DNA from: an uncultured Sulfitobacter sp.
GTDB lineage: Bacteria; Pseudomonadota; Alphaproteobacteria; Rhodobacterales; Rhodobacteraceae
Assembly (NCBI RefSeq): GCF_947500075.1
Contig: NZ_CANMQS010000012.1
Span: 1,233 to 65,232 of the forward strand
Direction of reading: 5' to 3'
DNA: 64,000 bases
Of this stretch, positions 62,601 through 64,000 are shown in pieces (the stretch's first letter is position 1; each line of letters begins with the position of its first letter). The position numbers and the translations under genes were made by a program. The notes under the pieces were generated by a model that had not been told where the DNA came from, did no database searches, and was given only the letters and a program-made list of their open reading frames with translations.

Positions 62601-64000
62601 AGGGTCAGTGCCCCGCCGGCATTCAGCGTGCTGTCATCAATCAACGCGCTTGTCGCGGTAGTGATGGTGTTTTCCGCAACCGAAATGACGATGTCCAATG
62701 CCACGGCGGCACCAGATCCGGTGCTTGCTGTGACAGAGGCAGAGGCCGCGATAACCTTGGCATCAATCGTCGCATTGTTTGTCGCGTCGATATTCGCCGC
62801 ACCTGTCAGCGTGACATCAGCGCCACCCAGAAGACCGGCGTTGATCTCGTTGCCGATTGTGTTGAAGGCAAACGCGCCCGTACCGGCGCCGCCAAGGCTC
62901 ATGCTGCCGCTGGAAATGGTGACCGCGACCGATGCCGCGACAGAGACGACGTTGATCTCAGACGTCGAGCTCGCCTGCGCATCAAGGCTGGCCGCCTGAA
63001 TTGCGCCGCCGGTGATGGTGGCATCCGTCCGGTTCTGGATGTCGTTATAGGCCACAGAGGCATTGATCGACACACCAACAGAGGTGCTGTTGCTGTTCGT
63101 GACCGAAATTTTGGCCGAGACAAGGTCTGCGGAAATCTCCGTATCATCCTGCGCAAAGAGCATGATCGCGCCGGTGGACGTCACATCCGCGCCATTCATC
63201 GTAGCGTCGACATCGGTGTCCATCTCGTTCACCGCAACTGCGGCTTGCGCGCCGAGGTTCAGGCTGTTGCCCCCAGACGAGTTGGAGATGCTCACCCCGG
63301 CCATGACCGTGACCACGTCAATCGTGGCGTCCGACCGCGCATCAAGCGCGACACTGTCCGCCGTCACTTCAACCCCATCAATTGTGGCGCGTGTGATGTT
63401 GCTGGCCTGATCATCGGTGAATGTCAGATCCATCGGATCGTTGGTGCCGTCATCTGCGGGCCGCATGTCAGGATCTTCTTCGCCCAGCACGATTGTGCCG
63501 TCACCCAGACCAATCCGGTTTACGGCAACGGTTGCACCCAGCGTACCGCTGACAGAGCTGCCGGAGGAGGAGTTGGAGAAGCCGATTTGCGCGCCAATCG
63601 CCGTGGCATCAATATCAGCCGAGTTTGTTGCCGTGACATTAACCGCGCCGCCTGCGTCCACGCTGGCATCCGCATCGCCTGCGCCATTCAGCGCCGCGAT
63701 GGTATCGCTGTCGATCTCGTTGACGGCAATCGCGCCAGTGACCTGCGCGCTGAGAGCGGAACCGTCAGACGAATTCGACAGGGTCACAGAAGCCCCGATC
63801 GCATGGGTCTCAATATCCGCATCATTTGCGGCCGTCACATCAACCGCACCATCCGTATCAATGCTGCCACCGTCCATGCCAGCCTGCGTGATCAGGTTCA
63901 GATCGTTGAACGCACCACCAACGGCCACGCCAACGGCATTGCCGCCATTGGCGAGCGACAGGACACCTGCAACGCTGAGCGCGTCAATCTTGGCGTCGTT
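38687..64000 (-). CDS. giant repeat-rich RTX-type surface/secreted protein (partial; N-terminus beyond the window edge)
   Basis: A single open frame from the TAG stop at 38687-38689 through position 64000 (8437 codons). The 'M' at 63928 in the ORF track is an internal GTG. Architecture runs from repeats through RTX blocks to a metzincin module, as detailed in the findings. Confidence 0.9.
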   Translation of the reverse strand, partial: NDAKIDALSVAGVLSLANGGNAVGVAVGGAFNDLNLITQAGMDGGSIDTDGAVDVTAANDADIETHAIGASVTLSNSSDGSALSAQVTGAIAVNEIDSDTIAALNGAGDADASVDAGGAVNVTATNSADIDATAIGAQIGFSNSSSGSSVSGTLGATVAVNRIGLGDGTIVLGEEDPDMRPADDGTNDPMDLTFTDDQASNITRATIDGVEVTADSVALDARSDATIDVVTVMAGVSISNSSGGNSLNLGAQAAVAVNEMDTDVDATMNGADVTSTGAIMLFAQDDTEISADLVSAKISVTNSNSTSVGVSINASVAYNDIQNRTDATITGGAIQAASLDAQASSTSEINVVSVAASVAVTISSGSMSLGGAGTGAFAFNTIGNEINAGLLGGADVTLTGAANIDATNNATIDAKVIAASASVTASTGSGAAVALDIVISVAENTITTATSALIDDSTLNAGGALTLTALNAGRVDVIGIAASIAVSASNSSIAAGVSVVLALASNTVNGSAEALIRDSDVADGQGVEAQSATILARNTAVVDALNISASISVGVSGGSLSFSGSVSVALSFNEVGTSVTSGVVNSTLVTPQFVDIDVVSGTTLLVKTIAASVSVSASSGTAINVNFAGANARNTFTGEAQALIQDSTVDAEGAVTVDAVEQDGTGTTINTRLREDIVDPTANTIYVGEDAGFSTGDAVIYRNGSSSEDPAERASFNIGGLTDAPLSRNADEEITSQNNDIYYVIEAEDGKIRLATSAVNAANGTAIDLTSNSVGSQHSLSKFTATDGGTGATEADLTETVYIGDPGGKGREITIVDTADDSIYVGDAAGLTTGDIVTYDNGGLPDIGGLEPVDDMGDPIDYFVIEGKDGRIKLADSLANANLGIAINLTSAGLAGGHSLTPSGGSAIDLWAQTETIAPKMGATVVAAAVGVAASSGGATVSLTVAETTAVNESTGRTEALIEDSTVDGNDVDVAAAASGQVKVVAVAASVSVSASSGGVSIGGAGAGVGINNDLDNVVTARIDGSDVTSLSGVSVDATDATQVTSTGVAAALSLGVSSGGAGISVAVAVVAVDNSVGTTVRAAIEDGSAIDAGGNVDVSAENTTKVQTVGVAASISVSASAGSVGISGAGSVVVANSIMTNAVSAEIAGSTLTNVGNVTVTADDKADIDTVGVAAAISAGISSGAAVSLSVSVTLASIAAQTATLARISNSTITNPGIVNVFARSDTDINTVAVAASVSVAVGSNAAIGVAAAVVRTNVGGYAYDEGADEFSFDPGTQIAGITEASIMGGSITGATSVDVEAYGTNTVTTTAVSVAAAVSISSNAAISLAVAVGVAEVDMAHAVLAKIGNGAEVDASGAVDVDAANVFGSDRQDINVTSISAALSVAGSGSFALAGAGAGATATAKVTGSVTAEIENATVTANEVTVDALDRADVDTLTVAAAAAIAVSGAAAISLAGAVAISKTEYQMTTQAAILGSGITHEGSSVLRVQATSDADLDTLAVGVAVAISASGTASISAAFGLSIADTDVSSTTVALIGADSVIDAEGSVLVRAHDQMIIDTDSVAVSLAVAVSGTVGIGISVSIATASNTYGAAVRAIISDSDVDAEGNVTVTADSVAEVEVDGIGVAIAIGGGTVGISGSVAAAVTSNTVNSEITAAIENSDAADMQAVRAATFVLVDATENLMVDADADAAAVSVAAGLVAVAFSVSAAQATNDHSGSTNARISNSVVEAEAGDVTVDADATSTIVATPAAVAVALAVGIGGAAAGSGALGRNDMNASINASIDSGSDVTASGAVTVRANDTTDVSTSVVSVATAGGLVGVAVGVGLAFNDVKNEISAHVSDSSVTANGAPGSGAITIDADATQTVNATASVAAIAAAFGAAGAGAVSQTNLDSTVEAYARNASLTAIGDEVLVDADSNHTAEAESLGVAASLGAAVSVLIADATLGGATRGFVDGATTVNAANMDVTADSIATATPDGTNVVLSGGLAVGVSVINGAVDRTTESYVGDRTRQARDVVDVASNSIYVGNTAFTEGELVTYSSGGGDAIEGLEDGQVYYVLTDDDGTIRLAEWTLEDVLDEDGNDIGDVAVYKNDIFFRSQGTGSSHSLIRSGSPNFAFNPNAEVTIANQNPAPGATNLTLTSGALNVTSDATLTTAATPLSMGGSLGITIGLTLTDATVAGRTLAYVGEDATVSATEVNIDAESTESATAQNISANFSGLVGIDVSLANANINSVTEAFAGTRDGETPQGSGTSVTATQGDITIDASGERDADAKTLGISVSGVAAVGVAAPTAEIGGRIQAGAAGNTTLSADSNIDISADGSNDAVADALIANVSFGLAGNGAKATARILDTADIEAVVGSGVSMSGDAITVDAAHTSITANEAALDAISIDIFAPSVEPEFNRAKAQARGGAGGLLAAGTVMLSEATVAGGVRSEMNGDVTSSESVSVTANGRNLADGDTLAVAIGSFAAAGTGTVSEITNQADIVAKVGAAANITTTGALLVTATGDNDAKTRSDAGSGGLVGVAGAVLSAKVGGAVIAEMNGDVNDANAVTVTATGNNNADAEALTIAVGLAGGAGAGATAEVTSAADVEAKVGSTAVLTTPNAPVSVTATGDNNARSKANGGAASLSLSIAAMLPTAKVGGAVLSEFSGQMAADNAASSLTVNARGENTANAEAIAVAVGLVAGGAGANAVAEVTTDADITARLGAAAMVRTTGNVTVDARTTGLGNYAKGSAKGGGGGAFAGAAVFLSEARVGGSVIAEVAGDVLESANITVNADGRNYAETETLAVSGSFGLSGSGTGASVEILGDDSSSGNLVEGANVVARVTDTAQLSTDGALDVTATGDNDAITNSDVGAGGVVGIAAAELKAKVGGAVKATMDGDVTDASAVTVDADGDNKADAKALAIAIGLAGGAGASAIAEISSAADVVASVGSAAVLTVAGAAVTVNATGRNEADAVSNGGTGGIIAITVMLPTATINGGVTAAFDGTLTDGDTDAASLDIDAIGSNDAQATAKLLSVSLLGGSGAQGTATIGSEADIVARIGGSASVAADVVTVDATHGVRAGATNSDGGAAQAQNRAISKVESFNGALLASISVVRTTSTVDGAVRAQMNGDITDGGDVSVAADSDNYAWARTETLGLGAISFGSAGSSATVGNNARTEATAANGSSAAISGNLGFVATSDSDAIAFSDAKTGGLAAVSTTKPVASVGAKTRAVVDIDVTGAGGINVRATADNDAKATSNAVAGGLVGVNDSNAQADITSEAVTEAEIGSNADINSPAADIVVLAEANNDAIAETDSTSGGLLSIGAASPKATVSSITRANILGQVRDGDGAGAASISVNARGSDAAVATVISTGGGLLEVGSSNSEARSGGSTNATVGKSAGKIIATGNIEVRALGLTDADATTRSTGIGGLSIGTFGGAAVSTSAVNVTVEGGSTLQSLAGLVSIAADHNVPDGIASEGAFNAAQVNGATDTILFDLPHGLTTNNSVTYSANGNTPLSQLTDGADYTVLVPTANGIQLGAATQTVGGFTAVDTAANTINFPWRHNLTDGMIVTYFSSGTPIGGLVDGEDYRVKVISEDVIKLQDNDVPPAIVNTTANNVSGNTVTATNTFNDGDLITYTAEAEIDAFSSLFVDVAVAGGEVVLDGMENTTDVPGNNNIIVEDGSPLNVGDQVIYNLIDNDTDPGTNPVAIGGLTDGSIYRVATKDGDSIQLKRNDRLLNLSVDFIRDGNSGNVTAKRLDGGNWGNNGFGLTAGEQVDITMSAAANGTYTIVSISGDEMVLSGASGIDATIAEIALEGIQAAEDGMGNPTGPNDRLVRSDGRSWLDDGFTNGTQITVSGAGFANGTYTVLNASATTLELTVRNQINDGTDGSAQVERANTVATFDQGIIALSPNKSAGAAEDFHTLQRVQDQQLNLTNGADYYVVNSDGGSFQLSETEGGTAINLNPNGYNAGDHKFELEGLDLTSPGSGEHRVVIDIEPGAGTHMFDLTSAANFSGAPSGDRAVTSSASGGGGGAIDVKVANATTNVTVNGNLTVENGAHIEGNEVDITTDIRGTSLAVATYRGGGGVSVGDANATANLTIISDLDIGENDGGADTAGALAPTIIANGDAATGLAGDTSGNANIEGRVQAKTEATSSTNTGGLGAGADSTAKSTTNVTNTVDIDGLVKASEELTAAGRTFVDGDVYARADGSGFGADASANDTGGKGVTINATTRVTLENEAVLEANDVDIVSSNEVNGRADAFAIARAFGADSDARGDVTLTGASHVILDTGSQILGNSEVDISARYDKLDLRADPRAELYAVGGDTDGRANVTANNIEAKVFGRDESFVRTAELNVNSLVDRDRVAAQASHRKSGIDFGSVSNNRSERIEREIFWESTVILLSSPNPILRVNAGGIVVQKVNVTLAGGQEVGDPIGVGDDIVINDILNTGSGRATFTANEPGAGNPAGQIWGNAGLFDLHRTWDFVLIENQSDRNVVVNRISPVNPGSLGTNPTNVDPADIEIRVAGVPGPVNAPANNVSLAENTDSGVTFEFDIVNTFTRTVIDILNLNASTGMGANIAPSNIILNGLIDNPIGITTVLNERGNILAGANAVIRGNEVYLDATGGSIGLLDGTTREAIVVELVRYQDRDTTVFTENMTANATQDVVLDLSFFDRSSATLGDNLPVTVNITEITAGDDVSIVVNDSREGNDLGTVGNVSVADRGTTPEVGFFSKHFRPTDNTPDVALDRILRAFGTGAIGMAMAPRVNSVYNFLNIRSGDDMDIGHVDGDAVGGEQRLYETTRLGGSTYGLSIIPDVPTTTIDFVINGDVDWAGGMSEDDIEQIFVTTNGMITYNEIAGDLQAGHINSTAGDVVLNSSAKITDADNLPTVDVTAANITLNSGVNTMLPASLNPTAPTVSGIGDADNFLEINTAKGGTGMLNAWDSNSVVGSPTVATTAMGIYLDEIAGDMPVGVVASDANVSLRTVDGSVADAPENNLTNVYGQSVDIDANGGGIGAFDNDLEIDSQFGIADNTSTTAGGADVALEATGDIYVEEADGGLRLVLAHSFTGDINLLVRETAELDEDLIIVDAGSARFAENNDRGPSNQADADRIINNGAIFAEQGGIVLRVGDDITFDDNADVLAAENIAIFGDFLNFDFGHGADIILRGRIIAGADVALGSESGGDPMGTATPTFTAPTFTTTVTGNSDVDDIQFGDATGISGTTTQGQDGYIFLGSKTRVEAGGNEDNITVYYLQDTATVTSPAQLDVLTALGHENAEHTLRLDGQQGTDTFNVYTLGSNGPDQRNYIINVLDTGAQNDGSDELFIHGNETEDDIFLLRGSNFIPNETADRPGYVALVHGDEDTYRDTLQGNEPFAEVQRIGYDTSINGRMTVLGKGGDDSFFTDDTTVITTLDGGEGADNFQIGQIYGLKRNEVDGNLLPQDAFPNVIATTRGFLSAGTNSPLLAQGGSGNDTFTVYSNQSELRLEGGDNDDTFTVRAFALALVDGSGDLILGDDGLPQPIIGANGFSIDRPVDVRTGGGDDEVRYNVNAPVSIEGGTGFDKVVILGTEFADDFVITDEGILGAGLNVRYDTIEVIEVDGLEGDDEFFVQSTAFGVAYRVIGGLGSDTINVAGDVTEDIVTRELEGASGAVNHLLSSDDVAYDGLLVDGFDYNVPREETGLVVIEETDGFTGITEGPGATATDSYTVRLAEQLLAGQVVYVTVSGARSTQEEQDGTLFNDGLPGGVGDTFWLSSTAPADANDPQAVEFTRPVNVDNVIENKENRSLVLRFDHTNWDQAQSVHLFAVDDLRAEGDQRVVTQHTVIATGTGAEVEAYDGIAVRNVEVDLRDNDTPGVQIFEIEKDSYSPVDNTFVEDQDTTVIEGDAVTGLSDQLLVRLSKAPELGESIVVKLALGEEADKQILLTSADIGAFEGADGFLRVTFTTANWDTGVVVDVEARDDARIEDTKGAVIMVERDDATTQADYIFPNLRSDPGFLDVTVLDNDTAGALVQESGGSTLLAPADDYTIRLTGTPTADVDVALLNDGLANVVSVNGVNVTPADYVSVGALRPVQQFQGQVVAENAGGVGTISRDGVAQGFGSFVDEGFTAGQQIRVEGLGTGFDGDYFIASVTAQTITLTEAFTGAGQATAEAAILFDLARIGIYEGTVTSAFDADPEFGGPQLVRADGTGWLADGFLEGQWIRVTDLNNAANEIEMKIELIRGDNDTNDEKLQVTDFTAALPAWLTSGSTDVRVERIAAVATFTDADYWVQQTIGLEADSFFDTPITREGSKVFPASPHLLSNIRGPLQVEGGVTGADRSLQNGLKLPGEKDDFLFAIGAQAPESQQIDVLNIFNDSSVENGTGVMTETTLTGFGMAEELDFGPQSANEFGESTVVPGGISFGRITFGADGFQTADTTSTIEVVNVMLGQGNDTMTVEGTLNPANFVDTTGEFTITPNGTDGGTISREGIDWLGLGFLAGQTVTIEGQTGQWTVESIDDAVTPEGQDPNDNSILVLSGDPLPVLAGEITVVATDALVETIGTFAVATTGTETRVTRSDGGDWEDDNFLVGHLVQIKTDAGVQSVRLIGIEDDGDTLVLENTDFVGTSVVEMELSVQGPHGGLTVLHGGGNMPLELCIDLFGSNEEGDTIELTRFDGLDWAGDKFQVGDYIQLEGEDSTRLILDIVDADPSLEPVDAFGNWGDGSTLILDGGPLTTTGNLDDAKIHVAKAERVETQVEIDIDCCDKGEGILELNIEGDWEELGFFVGQEVTIEGLPGTSTVASIDGGTMLLTSETIGIQIEGLVTVSGFNPRIDGGILIGGDTFEVLGGAGPDSPLVIYGDTSQDGNWYAGEPYSVLGYDFGEKPFDPFPLLPDGDNEDDEWVMPLANPFDYAGNDIIDASALFADVATADLPSVGITAYGGAGNDLIIGSQAGDHLAGGSGDDIILGQRGTDHIYGDSGVNVDILTRALLIAVDDQSPLPTVNPNVPSDGTTLQPNPSPVRDNLVAGNDVLFGDGPGSIDGGPTAPEGAFRDIIFGDHGIVIQTVEDPNLPPELLQKIQTTDFDTVTEIIGVGSDNGGQDAIFGGVGEDVIMGGAGDDFIETGTLQNVRDVVFGDNGRLTLNGSETFDAPSAEDQSGEEFTHLNFSFDSRPGRATVIGVAGTNDSVSTNGLPAPRSGNWNNLTTPSGLIGNEAGEFITDENGIDIAGLTIGWRVKTDDVPAYLDDDFSDGFGYDPEDYDFAEEAFKSEADYLENRIFGQYPARFDAHREIDPRQDNDKRLFEGYIFTAKRSTIEVVIEGLDQYYSEYDVYLYMDADNDNSPDGLGTRVARIGSDDPIYIADPRGTHFDGQYIQATSTDVNNPTIGNYVAVSGLTDGRLVIEVTAPPGALFATRPNLAGLQIVGKSLPVDRAETVDIEVGGNDAIFTGGGDDVVFGGTGNDYIDTSGDADLGATDYDAVFGDNGRATFTLTERTVTPEGGDLGELRDMRTQTTSEVFSFNDIIITGNGEDMVIGGQGDDCIHVGDTGVHNGVDDALHGETPDITSLGFNLSSTVDEAFVEGTTGYVASDNWLNLDNRTLGDFFDPADGLDDENGPKGQEAERFTSSEGVSLLIGRALDSSFPHVGQIRDSSAINPDTQLGRLYNGYMRENSARVQGADLTGVDGLVGAGNAYDVYLYIDMQFRPERFDVDIELIDANGVVHSILNPRGLAFNRELVTSDGSDPFLRANVFVFKDIVGDGFSLRLAGQDGRNMPALAALQIVSGSDKDNIVPQGDFDSDRVLGDQGQIRVLDRVTYEMNSEALGLVNSSDQIFGGLDGDVIVGGDGADFLHGEDGDDITVGDHAQVRLFAGEVVQLGTPDLNKTFPADNKDHPNFDPFSVTGLKLTDVTIGGGDVIEGGRGDDISYGGIGDDNYVFAGSRLGSDMIIESGTFPASIDPDGDGGGAQIPDGLTNDTGDVLDFSNFHTGITLELQDIGVQAYSDDVILGDADGSVRLFSRDNIEDVVGSEFADNIWANDRNNAIMGLRGNDEIATGGGHDFAHGGGGHDIIWMGLIASTNGSRDFVIPGADEDTLWRHVALGGGGNDNLYLSNGIDLASGEGGSDRVLGGGFFGEPGSASQPGDLLFGENGSDRVEGGAGRDTLVGGNGEDFVRGIGNDFIAGNNLPQSERDTLVQAMLAEFIAAADRPDLVVRENSNNAIRGKLNPFIATIPAPVKCPEEMVMLTASTHADGVSDARVTLDEAREVLEAAKELWEESGHLDDEQIATLRDVEIRVANLQGQALAAAQGNTILVDVNAADHGWFVDVRPAEEAGFVADNAGTLRAVDGSDAEGRMDILSTLTHELGHTLGYDHLIGFDPSHVMNETLDTGTRFDAPATLVFDDVTGQFVDPDTARSLSAIGDADDDGSVGAPIEVSESEGAGSSGAVNWLAGANGFVSKLTSLLK
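38690..39360 (-). other. C-terminal metzincin-like zinc metalloprotease module of the giant protein
   Basis: HELGHTLGYDH (HExxHxxGxxH; HELGH at 38984-38998) followed by SHVMNE as a possible Met-turn. It is preceded by ANLQGQALAAAQGNTILVDVNAADHGWFVD. Confidence 0.65.
39520..40370 (-). repeat. RTX GGxGxDxUx nonapeptide blocks of the giant protein
   Basis: GGRGDDISYGGIGDDNYVF, GGGGNDNLYL, GEGGSDRVLGG, GGAGRDTLVGGNGEDFVRG in the translation. Coordinates are approximate. Confidence 0.75.
40730..41320 (-). repeat. lectin-like module, copy 2 (paralogous to 41800-42500)
   Basis: Begins SDNWLNLDNR, has the core AYDVYLYIDMQF and ends MPALAALQIVSG. Same landmarks as copy 1. Confidence 0.55.
41800..42500 (-). 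repeat. lectin-like module, copy 1
   Basis: Begins RSGNWNNLTT, has the core EYDVYLYMDADN and ends RPNLAGLQIVG. Confidence 0.55.
53600..57500 (-). repeat. at least nine tandem ~108-aa coding repeats in the giant protein
   Basis: Recurring A.VGGAV.AEMNGDV...AVTVTATG.N.ADAEAL.IAVGLAGGAGA.A.AEV.S.ADV.AKVGS.A.L. Unit starts lie near 56720, 56395, 56050, 55700 and 55375. Copies are diverged (about 50-65% identity by eye). Confidence 0.7.
57960..64000 (-). repeat. ~64-aa Ala/Ser/Val/Gly/Thr-rich tandem coding repeats (continuing past the window edge), interrupted at about 61290-62000 by two ~100-aa insert modules
   Basis: The period was counted on VAVAASVSVSASSGGVSIGGAGAGVGINNDLDNVVTARIDGSDVTSLSGVSVDATDATQVTSTG and its neighbouring copies. 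Confidence 0.7.

Noticed and set aside
53600-64000. Regular periodicity that might suggest a CRISPR or satellite array
   Set aside because: The repeats are in-frame coding units of 192 and about 325 nt, with diverged sequence and no unique spacers. They lie within one continuous ORF.
1-64000. Search for tRNA, rRNA, IS elements, integrases, and canonical T1SS (ABC+TolC) or T5SS partners for the RTX proteins
   Set aside because: None was recognised in any of the supplied translations or in the intergenic regions (the longest are about 140-230 nt). Absence within the window does not exclude their presence elsewhere on the replicon.

Overview
GC-rich (about 60% by eye) alphaproteobacterial DNA, most likely from a marine Rhodobacterales (roseobacter-type) replicon. 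This taxon guess is an inference from protein families and codon style. I recognised no rRNA, tRNA, CRISPR array, transposase or integrase. The window has three blocks. (1) 1-20.7 kb is a cell-surface polysaccharide island. It holds a DUF2793 tail-fibre-like gene, the rmlC-B-D-A dTDP-L-rhamnose operon, several large multidomain glycosyltransferases, a group-II-capsule-type ABC exporter (kpsM divergent from kpsE-kpsT), an Stf0-like sulfotransferase and a 1116-aa RTX protein. (2) 20.7-30.6 kb is mixed. It holds an IorAB-type molybdopterin oxidoreductase, two convergent TetR regulators, a cupin/FAD amine-oxidase/TetR operon whose cupin gene is frame-disrupted, a small AT-richer islet with a DUF4279 gene, ugd, and two more sulfotransferase-type genes. 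(3) 30.7-64 kb is entirely on the minus strand. A giant repeat-rich RTX-type surface protein occupies 38687-64000 (8437 codons in the window, N-terminus beyond the edge) and ends in a metzincin HExxHxxGxxH module. After its own terminator comes a tightly packed five-gene cluster: GAF-HlyD fusion, M50 metalloprotease-HlyD fusion, SapC-family protein, truncated SecA-like ATPase and a stand-alone HlyD adaptor. This cluster has three membrane-fusion modules and a SecA-type motor, with no ABC transporter, RND/MFS pump or TolC gene anywhere in the window. It is my main candidate for an uncharacterised export/processing system. All domain calls are by-eye motif recognition on the supplied translations; no database search was possible.
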